Shown piece after piece: positions 15,553 through 23,341 of a DNA stretch of 32,000 bases. The position numbers were made by a program, and so were the translations under genes. The stretch is from Thermofilum adornatum. Lineage in GTDB: Archaea > Thermoproteota > Thermoprotei > Thermofilales > Thermofilaceae. The stretch spans positions 1,718,260 to 1,750,259 of the forward strand of contig NC_022093.1 of assembly GCF_000446015.1 (NCBI RefSeq). Reading direction: 5' to 3'. A model generated the notes under the pieces. The model was given only the letters and a program-made list of their open reading frames with translations, did no database searches and was not told the origin of the DNA. Position 1 is the stretch's first letter. Each line of letters opens with the position of its first letter.

Positions 15553-16305
15553 TCATTCACCCAGGTAGATTTTCTGAACCTCCCTATTCTCAACTATCTC
15601 TTTGGGAGACCCTTCCGCGAGAATACTTCCCTGATTCATTACGCTGACTTTGTCTGCTACTTCGAGAACAACATCTATTTTGTGCTCGATCACTACAACT
15701 GTTTTCTTCATTTCGTCTCTCAGCTTTTTAATGAGACGTACAATTGGTGCTACCTCCTCTAGAGATACGCCGGCCGTGGGCTCATCTAATGCTATGAGCT
15801 TTGGGTTTCCAGCAAGGGCAATAGCGATTTCTAGTTTCCGTTTGTCGCCTGGGGTGAGGCTACTTGCCAAAATGTTTGTCTTGCCGTAGAGGCCAGTTAT
15901 GGAGGCAATCCGCATGGCTTCCCAGACAACATCTTTGTAATGGCTTGTTGGATGAATGAAGTCCCATCTCACGTTTTTCCATTTTGCTTGGACAGCAAGC
16001 CTTATGTTTTCGAGAACAGTAAGGTTTGGGAAAATCGAATATATTTGGAAAGACCTTGTTAGACCCAGGGAGCTAATGTAGTGAGGGGGTTTACCAGTTA
16101 TATCTCTGTCCTCAAAATACACTTTACCACTTGTAGGTTTGAGGACTCCAGTAATCAAGTTAAATAGCGTTGTTTTCCCAGCACCGTTGGGACCTATTAT
16201 AGCATGAACCGTGCCCTGCGCCACCTTCAGGTTAACATTGCTGACAGCTACGAGTCCACCGAAGCTCTTTGTGAGATTTTCTGTGCGTAGAATTATGCCT
16301 GACAT
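15553..16305 (-). CDS. livG: HAAT-family ABC transporter ATP-binding protein, LivG-type
   Basis: Walker A GPNGAGKTT, LTRSFQIYSIFPNLTVLENI and Walker B LIALDEPTAGV. Confidence 0.9.
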   Translation of the reverse strand: MSGIILRTENLTKSFGGLVAVSNVNLKVAQGTVHAIIGPNGAGKTTLFNLITGVLKPTSGKVYFEDRDITGKPPHYISSLGLTRSFQIYSIFPNLTVLENIRLAVQAKWKNVRWDFIHPTSHYKDVVWEAMRIASITGLYGKTNILASSLTPGDKRKLEIAIALAGNPKLIALDEPTAGVSLEEVAPIVRLIKKLRDEMKKTVVVIEHKIDVVLEVADKVSVMNQGSILAEGSPKEIVENREVQKIYLGE

Positions 16306-16306
16306 G

Positions 16307-17086
16307 TTAGATGCCCCTGAAAAATTCTAGCAATAATTGGTTGTATTCTTCGGGTCTTTCCCTGTGGGGCATGTGTCCTACGCCTTTCATTATGTGCGCC
16401 TTTGAGGTAGGCACCATGGCGTGCATTTCTTCGACGACCTCTGGTGGGGATATGTAGTCTAGCTCTCCAGAAATGAAGAGAACAGGGTTCCTAAGTGATC
16501 TGATTATGTCTCTGTAGCTTTTTTCTGTCGCAGCTTCAGCGCTCTGTATGTAGACACGTTTATCAGTTCGTGAGATTATCTCATAGATTTCTCGTTTTAA
16601 TTCGGTAGATGCGTATGGCGACACAGCGAACTCAGCTACTTGGCTGGCTATTTCATGCATAGACATGTTTTCAAGAACTTCTGTCATTGCTGGTGGGTAT
16701 TCAGGTGCAATGGCTTCGAGGACAATCTTCTCAAATCTTTGTAGATACAAGCGGTAAAGCTCTAGCAGGACTAGGCCGCCCATTGAGTAGCCTACCATGA
16801 GCGCTTTCTCTATCTTTTCGGCTTCGAGGACGCTTTCTACGTCTCTAGCAAAATCCTCCATTGATATCCTTTTTGGGGGAATCTGGCTTTCGCCGTGCCC
16901 GCGAAGGTCTAGTGCTAATACCCTGTACCCCCTAGCTGGGAAGAACTCTAACTGGGGTTTCCATGTAAGATGGCTTTCGCCCAAGCCGTGTACGAAGATT
17001 ATTGGTGTTCCATTTCCTTCAGCAACATAGTGTATCTTTATACCGTCTTTTGATTTTGCATACCTGTGCTCTAATCCCTGCGACAT
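16307..17086 (-). CDS. Alpha/beta-fold hydrolase (esterase / C-C hydrolase-like)
   Basis: HG oxyanion motif IFVHGLGES, nucleophile elbow GYSMGG and a C-terminal His region GVGHMPHRERPEE. Confidence 0.85.
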   Translation of the reverse strand: MSQGLEHRYAKSKDGIKIHYVAEGNGTPIIFVHGLGESHLTWKPQLEFFPARGYRVLALDLRGHGESQIPPKRISMEDFARDVESVLEAEKIEKALMVGYSMGGLVLLELYRLYLQRFEKIVLEAIAPEYPPAMTEVLENMSMHEIASQVAEFAVSPYASTELKREIYEIISRTDKRVYIQSAEAATEKSYRDIIRSLRNPVLFISGELDYISPPEVVEEMHAMVPTSKAHIMKGVGHMPHRERPEEYNQLLLEFFRGI

Positions 17087-17088
17087 TT

Positions 17089-17886
17089 TTATTTCACCTC
17101 TCCCTTAAGAAAATTCGACACCAGTACATTAATTTCGCCCGGTTTTTCCCAAATAGAGACATGCCCACTTTCAACTTCAGCATATTTTCCATTGGGAAGC
17201 TCCTCAACTATCAACTTGGAGTATCTAGGCGGGAAGAATCTGTCATGAGTGCTGGCAACAACAAGAGTTGGCATTGTTAGTTTGGAGAGCTTTCCCCTCA
17301 GATCGAGCCTAAGAAAAGCTTTAATCATCTCTTCGAATGCTACCATGTCTACAAGCTCGAAGTTAGGTGCCAAAGAAGAAATAAAGGAGAAACTGTTATT
17401 GATGAACTCGTCTGAGAATATGTCCGGAATCATTACTTGCCACAGGAATCTACCTGACTTAAGCCGTGCCGCCAAAATCCACCTGTCGGCACGCAGTCTC
17501 AAGGCCTTGTCTACGGTGTGCGACGAATTTAGAATTACGAGTTTTTCGACTTGCTCGGAGAAGGCTAGCGCAGTAGCCAATGCTACTTTTCCGCCATAAG
17601 AGATGCCTGCAAGCGTAAAAGTGTTAATGCCCAAGTAATCTAACAGTTCCTTCAAGTCAGAAACATGTCTATCAATACTATAACCTGTCCTCGGCTTATC
17701 ACTTTGTCCCTGACCACGCATATCATGTAGAACTACCTTATAGCCTAGGTTCCTCAGATATTCTGCTTGAAGCCTCCATCCTACAGTATTCATCGTTATG
17801 CCATTGAGTAGCACTACCGTCTTTTCCCCTTCACCTTCGACCTCGTAATAGATCTTTATACCGTCCGTTGTAGTGAAATACGCCAT
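17089..17886 (-). CDS. Alpha/beta-fold hydrolase, second paralogous-type copy
   Basis: VVLLNGITMN, nucleophile elbow GISYGG and a C-terminal His region ESGHVSIWEKP. It sits 2 nt from the downstream hydrolase gene. Confidence 0.85.
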   Translation of the reverse strand: MAYFTTTDGIKIYYEVEGEGEKTVVLLNGITMNTVGWRLQAEYLRNLGYKVVLHDMRGQGQSDKPRTGYSIDRHVSDLKELLDYLGINTFTLAGISYGGKVALATALAFSEQVEKLVILNSSHTVDKALRLRADRWILAARLKSGRFLWQVMIPDIFSDEFINNSFSFISSLAPNFELVDMVAFEEMIKAFLRLDLRGKLSKLTMPTLVVASTHDRFFPPRYSKLIVEELPNGKYAEVESGHVSIWEKPGEINVLVSNFLKGEVK

Positions 17887-17891
17887 GGATC

Positions 17892-19463
17892 CTACACCTC
17901 TAACTTGTCTTCAGGTTTTCCATAAAGGATTTTAAGAGGCTGGCGAGCCACCTTCCCAGTCTCCGTGTAGACAAGTTGGGGAACAACTTCTACATACTTT
18001 GGTATTTTGTATTTCGCGAGCTTGTCTTTCAAGAAATCTATGACTTCTTCTTTCGTTATCTTTTCTCCCTCCTTAAGTACAATCAATGCCTTTGGAACCT
18101 CCCCCCACTTGGGGTCAGGGACTCCTATAACCACTGCATCCTTAATCTTTGGATGCATAATCAAAAGCCTCTCAATTTCTTCTGGATACACGCTCTCTTC
18201 ACCACTCCTAATGATGTTCTTAATTCTCCCAGCTATCCAGAAATAGCCTTCCTCATCTACCCTAGCAACGTCTCCCGTAGCCAGCCATCCATCCTTTATA
18301 ATAGACTTCATCTCTTCCTCGTTTTTCAGGTATCCTGAAAACACGCTTGGACCCCTTAGGTACAGCTCGCCCTCAACACCTCTGGGAGCCTCACTTCCAT
18401 CTGGAAGAACAACCCTGGCCTCTATCAATAGGTTCGGTTTCCCAATCGACCCCATTTTCCTCTTAGCGTCCCATGGATCGAGAGCAAAAATACCTGGACC
18501 CATCTCGGTCATCCCAAAACCTTGTTTCTGGACAACACCCTTCTCAAATATTTTCTCGATGATGTCTGGCGTTAACGCTCCCCCGCCGCTTGTAAACCAC
18601 CTAACGGATGAAAAGTCTGCGTCCTTGAAACGGGGCGAAGCAAGCAACATCCTAAGTTGCGTCGGAACCAGGAAGAGAAATGTTGGTCTCTCCTCTTCTA
18701 CGAGGTCAATAAACCTATCAACATTCCATCTTCGCATTAGAATACTTGTCCCTCCAAACATTAATAGAGGGATTAGATATGTGAAGGCACCAATGTGGAA
18801 GAGAGGTAACGTGTTGATTGTGACGTCGCCAGGTATAACCAAGTCCCTAACAGTGTTCAAGGCGTTCCAGAGAATCATCCTGTGACTTACTATTGTAAAT
18901 TTTGGCTTTCCAGTTGTTCCACCAGTTTGTAGTATTAGGGCGGGGTCTTCGAGGCAACACGCCGTCGAGACATCATTGGAAGAGTATTTCTCATAATTAA
19001 ACTCGTTTGGACAGTCATAGCACACTTTCTTCGTCTCTATGTTAGAGACGGTTTCTGAAAATTCTTTTTCATATAGGAGAACTTTTGGATTGACTTTATC
19101 AACAAACTCTTGAATTTCACGTGAAGTGTACCTCGTGTTTATAGGAGCTAGGACACAGCCAATCTTGAAACATGCAAGAAGCGTGGCAACAAACTCTATG
19201 CGGCTCCACGAAAGAATAGCTACATAATCTCCCTTGCTTATTCCGAAATTTTCCCGAAGAAAATTAGCAATCTTGTTGGACATCTCGTTTAGCTGTGCAA
19301 AGGACACCGTACGTAAGGGTATCGTTAGGTCGTCCTTGAGTGCTATCCAATTACCACTTATATCTGCTCTACGAGCTATCCAGTTGTTGACCCATTTTCC
19401 ACACGTATAGATTCTCTCCAGAGACATATAATGCATGTTAATAGGTGAAATCGTGTTATACAT
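17892..19463 (-). CDS. AMP-dependent acyl-CoA synthetase/ligase (ANL superfamily)
   Basis: Core motifs: LQTGGTTGKPK, GFGMTE, GWLATGDVARVDEEGYFWIAGRIKNIIRSGEESVYPEEIE and a C-terminal TETGKV. Alternative ATG starts at 19436 and 19427 would leave the palindrome at 19467..19485 further upstream. Confidence 0.9.
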   Translation of the reverse strand: MYNTISPINMHYMSLERIYTCGKWVNNWIARRADISGNWIALKDDLTIPLRTVSFAQLNEMSNKIANFLRENFGISKGDYVAILSWSRIEFVATLLACFKIGCVLAPINTRYTSREIQEFVDKVNPKVLLYEKEFSETVSNIETKKVCYDCPNEFNYEKYSSNDVSTACCLEDPALILQTGGTTGKPKFTIVSHRMILWNALNTVRDLVIPGDVTINTLPLFHIGAFTYLIPLLMFGGTSILMRRWNVDRFIDLVEEERPTFLFLVPTQLRMLLASPRFKDADFSSVRWFTSGGGALTPDIIEKIFEKGVVQKQGFGMTEMGPGIFALDPWDAKRKMGSIGKPNLLIEARVVLPDGSEAPRGVEGELYLRGPSVFSGYLKNEEEMKSIIKDGWLATGDVARVDEEGYFWIAGRIKNIIRSGEESVYPEEIERLLIMHPKIKDAVVIGVPDPKWGEVPKALIVLKEGEKITKEEVIDFLKDKLAKYKIPKYVEVVPQLVYTETGKVARQPLKILYGKPEDKLEV

Positions 19464-19466
19464 TTT

Positions 19467-19485
19467 AGGTTAACATTGTTAACCT
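19467..19485. promoter_or_regulatory. Inverted repeat AGGTTAAC-ATT-GTTAACCT (candidate operator)
   Basis: The 8-bp arms are perfect. It lies 4 nt upstream of the longest-ORF ATG of the acyl-CoA synthetase, inside the 194-nt divergent region shared with the HTH regulator gene. Confidence 0.5.
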
Positions 19486-19657
19486 TTGACATAATATTAA
19501 TGACCGGGGTGCCATTCTTATCGTTGCTACAAGGATATTTCCTTCTCAACGATTAAAAGGTATCTCTTTTTCTATAGTTTTTACGACAGTAGGCTACATT
19601 ATAAAAACACACTACAGAAAATTTAAATAGTTGTTTTCGTAATATTTTGCATGGATA

Positions 19658-20392
19658 ATGATGTACATTGGAGTGTTCGACATTGAGCAATATGATTGCC
19701 CCGTTGTTAAATTGACCGAGAAAAGAGAAGGCGTTACAACAACAGTTCTATCAGTAAATGTATCTGAACTTTCAAGGGGAGTAGAGCAGATCTTTTTAAC
19801 AATTAAGAGTTCCGAGCAGGACAAGCTTAAGGACATTCTAGAAGTCGCGCAAACAATTCCCGAAGTAAAGAACTGTAAAGTACTTGGGAAGTCTGACGAT
19901 GCATGGAGAATACTCATGAACATTAAAAAGACACATACAATGGAGGCTAGTGTAAATCTTGGTGCAATGTTTGTTTCTCCGTGGATTGCGAGAAGCGGCG
20001 TTGAGAGGTGGACCCTAGGCTTCATAAGTAAGAAACAGTTCTACGATTTTCTGTCTTTGATCAGGGAAAGAGACCATGTAAAGAAATACTACTTGACAGA
20101 GGTAAAGGAGGAGGACTTTGTAACTGTTTCTGCAAACTATCTATCTATACTTAAATTGGTTTCGCAACTGAACAAGCTGACCCCCAATCAGCTGAACATG
20201 TTAAAGCTGGCTTTGTCTAAGGGATATTATTCGTGGCCGAAGGGGGTTGATAGCGTTGAACTATCAAGAATGCTAGGCGTTTCTCGTGTGAGTATAATTA
20301 AGTCGCTTAGGAAAGCTGAATACAAGGTGCTAGGTCCCGTTGTAGAATTTGTGTCAATGGTTAAGAAAGATTGGGAGAAAAACTACACTTAA
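19658..20392 (+). CDS. HTH_10 (Bat-type) helix-turn-helix transcriptional regulator
   Basis: The C-terminus LTPNQLNMLKLALSKGYYSWPKGVDSVELSRMLGVSRVSIIKSLRKAEYKVL matches the HTH_10 pattern (LT..Q...L..A...GY...PR......LA..LG.S......LRRAE.K). The TATA-like AAATTTAAATAG lies about 27 nt upstream of the ATG. Confidence 0.75.
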   Translation: MMYIGVFDIEQYDCPVVKLTEKREGVTTTVLSVNVSELSRGVEQIFLTIKSSEQDKLKDILEVAQTIPEVKNCKVLGKSDDAWRILMNIKKTHTMEASVNLGAMFVSPWIARSGVERWTLGFISKKQFYDFLSLIRERDHVKKYYLTEVKEEDFVTVSANYLSILKLVSQLNKLTPNQLNMLKLALSKGYYSWPKGVDSVELSRMLGVSRVSIIKSLRKAEYKVLGPVVEFVSMVKKDWEKNYT

Positions 20393-20396
20393 ATAA

Positions 20397-20410
20397 TTTT
20401 TTTATTTTTT
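20397..20410 (+). terminator. T7-A-T6 tract 4 nt after the regulator stop codon
   Basis: The plus strand reads TAA-ATAA-TTTTTTT-A-TTTTTT. Confidence 0.5.
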
Positions 20411-20412
20411 CT

Positions 20413-21387
20413 CTAAGCCAGTGGAGATGCAATAGTGGTTCCTAGGTCTATGGGTATCACTATTCCTGTGAGTGCCTCGTTTTCCACCACGTGGTATGCC
20501 AATTTAGCAATTTCTTCCGGCTCGACGAGTCTCGCTATTGGAATCCTCCTTAAGTATTCTTGGAGGATCGGTGAAGGCACTGCGAGAGCCATCCTAGTCT
20601 TGGCGAATCCTGGAGCTATAGCTACGACTCTGATACCGTAGGGGGCAAGCTCCTTTGCAAGCGTCTTAGTGAGACCTATGAGTCCCGCCTTAGAAGCCGC
20701 ATAATTTGCCTGGGCAATGTTTCCAAGCAATCCTACAATTGACGAAATATTGATGATTACTCCCCCGCCGTTCCTTTTCATTATTGGGAAAACAGCTTTT
20801 GAGCATAGGAAAGCTCCCTTTAGATTCACATTTAATACGCTGTCCCAGTCTTCGTCCTTCATTCTCTCTAGATAAGTGTCACGTGTTATGCCAGCATTGT
20901 TTACCAATACATCGATCCGGCCGGCCAGCCGTAAAGCCTCTGATATGCCCTTAGAAACACTCTCACTCTTGCTGACGTCCATCTCTACGAAGTATGCCTC
21001 TACACCTAGGTTCTTTATAGCTTCGAGAGTTTTTTCTGCTTCCTGATCTCTCACTATATCCGCAATGACGACGTTGTAACCGTGCCGAGCAAACTCTAGT
21101 GATATTGCCGCTCCTATGCCTCTGCTTCCCCCGGTAACAAGGACGACTTTTCTTGGCTGATCGACACGCGGGATAAATACTGGGATTTTGCCGAAGACTG
21201 TCAATTCTTCTGTGAGTTCTCCTTCAGCTCCCTCCTTTACAAGCCCCATGTATTTTTGAGGTATTCTCGCGATTCTTTTTTCTCCATTTCCATTCTCAAC
21301 TATGGCGACGATGTACGTAGACTTGTAGGGCTCTACAGGGGTCAGCAATTCGGTAAATATTCTTACTTTCCACGCCATTCCCTTCAC
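20413..21387 (-). CDS. Fusion protein: N-terminal DUF35-type OB-fold domain plus short-chain dehydrogenase/reductase (FabG-like 3-oxoacyl reductase)
   Basis: SDR part: VVLVTGGSRGIGAAI (TGxxxGxG), LVNNAGI, ISSIVG and the catalytic YAASKAG (YxxxK). The N-terminal ~75 aa (AWKVRIFTELLTPVEPYKSTYIVAIVENGNGEKRIARIP...VKEGAEGEL) match the DUF35 OB-fold pattern by eye, and no zinc ribbon is present. The GTG start overlaps the thiolase TGA (GTGA). The SDR call is confident; the DUF35 call is moderate. Confidence 0.8.
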   Translation of the reverse strand: MKGMAWKVRIFTELLTPVEPYKSTYIVAIVENGNGEKRIARIPQKYMGLVKEGAEGELTEELTVFGKIPVFIPRVDQPRKVVLVTGGSRGIGAAISLEFARHGYNVVIADIVRDQEAEKTLEAIKNLGVEAYFVEMDVSKSESVSKGISEALRLAGRIDVLVNNAGITRDTYLERMKDEDWDSVLNVNLKGAFLCSKAVFPIMKRNGGGVIINISSIVGLLGNIAQANYAASKAGLIGLTKTLAKELAPYGIRVVAIAPGFAKTRMALAVPSPILQEYLRRIPIARLVEPEEIAKLAYHVVENEALTGIVIPIDLGTTIASPLA

Positions 21388-22559
21388 CTCTCAAAAACGA
21401 TAACTACTGAAGTTGCCCCAGTCCCACCATGATTCTCAACTAAGCCTCTTTCTGCATCTTTCACTTGCCTGGCCCCGGCCTCACCCCTTAGCTGCCAGTA
21501 TACCTCTGCGACCATGCCTACACCCGTTGCACCAATGGGGTGTCCCTTAGCCTTCAACCCACCACTTGGGTTTACTGGCTTAGATCCTGTGAATGCTGTT
21601 ACCCCGTCCCTAATCAGCTTGTAGCCTTCGCCTCTCTGTGCAAGCCCAAGCATCTCGTAGAGAATTATCTCAGCGATTGTAAAGGCGTCGTGGACTTCGA
21701 AAAGGTCTATCTTTTCTGGGCCATATCCACTCATCTTGTAAGCTTCTTGGGCGGCTTGCCTGGCCGCCTCGATAGCTGACATGTCTTTTCTTTGGTAGAC
21801 CCCTGAATAATCATGCTTCATAGCTATGCCGCTGATGTAGACGGGTGTATCAGTATACTTTTTAGGCTCCGAGCTCATGAGAAGGGCTACGGCCCCATCG
21901 GAGAGTGGCGAGGCATCAAATAGTTTTAGGGGCGGTGATATGTATGGAGACTTCAAGACGTCTTCAACTGTGATCTTCTTCTGAAACTGGGCGAGCGGGT
22001 TTCTTGTAGCGTTTTCATGGTTCTTTACGGCGACCAAGGCTAGGTCCTCTTCCTTTGCCCCGTAGCGGTTCATGTATTCTCTAGCTATTAAAGCATAGAG
22101 GCTTAGAAATGGAGCCCCCACTTTGTACTCTTCTGGCGCACTTGTACGCATCAAGATCTCATTCGACTTTGCAGACGTCCCCACAGTGCTCATTTTTTCA
22201 AAGCCAACAATCAGGGCGTTTTTAAAGAAGCCAGCACTGAGAAGCTTGTGTGCAAGATAAACAGCTGTTGTACCAGCTGCACAGGCATTTTCAACCCTGA
22301 AGCCCGTAGCGTTTAGGTTCCCAATGTAGCTTGCTACAAGGGGGGCTGTATGCAGTAAGCCCCCGAAGGAGTCACTGTAGTTGGAGACTATGATTAGGTC
22401 TATTTCCTGCGGAGAAATCCCCTTCTCAACGCTTTTCAGGGCTCCCTCGACAGCTTCACGTATCATTTCGTGTGTCTCCTTTTGACTCCTGGCCTCATAC
22501 TTTGTGCTATAGGCTCCTACAACGCCTATTCTACCGTTTTGGGGCGTTAGTGTCACCAA
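21384..22559 (-). CDS. Thiolase-fold acetyl-CoA C-acyltransferase (archaeal / SCP-x-type thiolase)
   Basis: Nucleophile region FRVENACAAGTTAV and C-terminal NPSGGLKAKGHPIGATGVGM and ENHGGTGATSVV. 391 aa. Starts with TTG or GTG. Confidence 0.9.
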   Translation of the reverse strand: MVTLTPQNGRIGVVGAYSTKYEARSQKETHEMIREAVEGALKSVEKGISPQEIDLIIVSNYSDSFGGLLHTAPLVASYIGNLNATGFRVENACAAGTTAVYLAHKLLSAGFFKNALIVGFEKMSTVGTSAKSNEILMRTSAPEEYKVGAPFLSLYALIAREYMNRYGAKEEDLALVAVKNHENATRNPLAQFQKKITVEDVLKSPYISPPLKLFDASPLSDGAVALLMSSEPKKYTDTPVYISGIAMKHDYSGVYQRKDMSAIEAARQAAQEAYKMSGYGPEKIDLFEVHDAFTIAEIILYEMLGLAQRGEGYKLIRDGVTAFTGSKPVNPSGGLKAKGHPIGATGVGMVAEVYWQLRGEAGARQVKDAERGLVENHGGTGATSVVIVFER

Positions 22560-22592
22560 ATAGGAAATTTCAACACTTGCCTAAAAGCGGAG

Positions 22593-22610
22593 AGGTTAAC
22601 ATTGTTACCT
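22593..22610. promoter_or_regulatory. Near-copy of the 19467 palindrome: AGGTTAACATTGTTACCT
   Basis: It is identical to the 19467..19485 element except for one missing A in the right arm. It lies 34-51 nt upstream of the thiolase start in a 69-nt intergenic region. Confidence 0.5.
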
Positions 22611-22628
22611 AGATAGAAATAGAAAAAA

Positions 22629-23243
22629 TTAGAAGCCCAGGTCGCTTAGCCAGAGGGTGTATACATCTGAATCAGCCACTATTTCTCCTGGAAGAACGCC
22701 GTACCAGTTTTGCGGCAACCAGTAGTACGCGTCGATATCGACGCCTGTCGTAGCCTTGTATGCCGCCCAGACAAGCTCAGAGCAGTAATAGGATGGGCCA
22801 TATACTTGTTTGTAGTATCCGTTATAGTCGTATGTATAGCCAAGCTTGGAGTACGCCCAGTTGGCGGCACTTAGGGCTTGTGAGTCTGTCACGCCTTTGA
22901 CCCTCAGAATTATGACAGCACTATAACGGGACATGAATTCGCTTAGAGTGTTTATTCTTACACCCTCGAATAGTGCCTCTACAACCAGCCAGTCGCCAAT
23001 TGTTGGATCATATTTGTATAAAATGCCCGCATGGGACCAGTAGCCCACTATGGTATATTCCTGTCCAGGGTAATGACCAATTACGATGTCGCCTGGTCTA
23101 AGCGAGACGTTTGGATAGGGGTGCACGAAGTAGCCGTATGGGTGATAACTGTCGCTCGAGGAAGCCTGGAGCACAGGCATAGTAAAAGCCAGGAAAAACA
23201 GTAGCATGAAAAATGGTGCTGTGAATTGTTTCTTTTTTATCAT
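22629..23243 (-). CDS. Secreted permuted-papain-fold (NlpC/P60 superfamily, YiiX/YaeF-like) amidase/peptidase
   Basis: It has an N-terminal signal peptide (FFMLLFFLAFTMPVLQASS). It also shows the YiiX-like motif order PGDIVIG ... WSHAGILY ... VVEALFEGVRINTLSEF ... ILRV ... LGYTYDY ... YYCSELVWAAY. Confidence 0.6.
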   Translation of the reverse strand: MIKKKQFTAPFFMLLFFLAFTMPVLQASSSDSYHPYGYFVHPYPNVSLRPGDIVIGHYPGQEYTIVGYWSHAGILYKYDPTIGDWLVVEALFEGVRINTLSEFMSRYSAVIILRVKGVTDSQALSAANWAYSKLGYTYDYNGYYKQVYGPSYYCSELVWAAYKATTGVDIDAYYWLPQNWYGVLPGEIVADSDVYTLWLSDLGF

Positions 23244-23287
23244 TTGTCGATCAATATCTAGCCTTTTAAGATAAATAAAAGCATGTT

Positions 23288-23295
23288 GGTTAACC
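23288..23295. promoter_or_regulatory. GGTTAACC palindrome between divergent promoters
   Basis: It lies in the 98-nt divergent intergenic region. On the plus strand it is followed directly by TATATTAC. On the minus strand it is followed after 7 nt by TTTTATTTATC. Confidence 0.4.
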
Positions 23296-23341
23296 TATAT
23301 TACAAAGCAAATAAAAATGTTATCCCAAATAACTTAAACTG

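Noticed and set aside
19612-20025. 137-aa minus-strand ORF overlapping the regulator gene and the divergent promoter region.
   Set aside because: It is antisense to the HTH_10 gene, which has a recognisable C-terminal domain. It has no motifs and a low-complexity composition.
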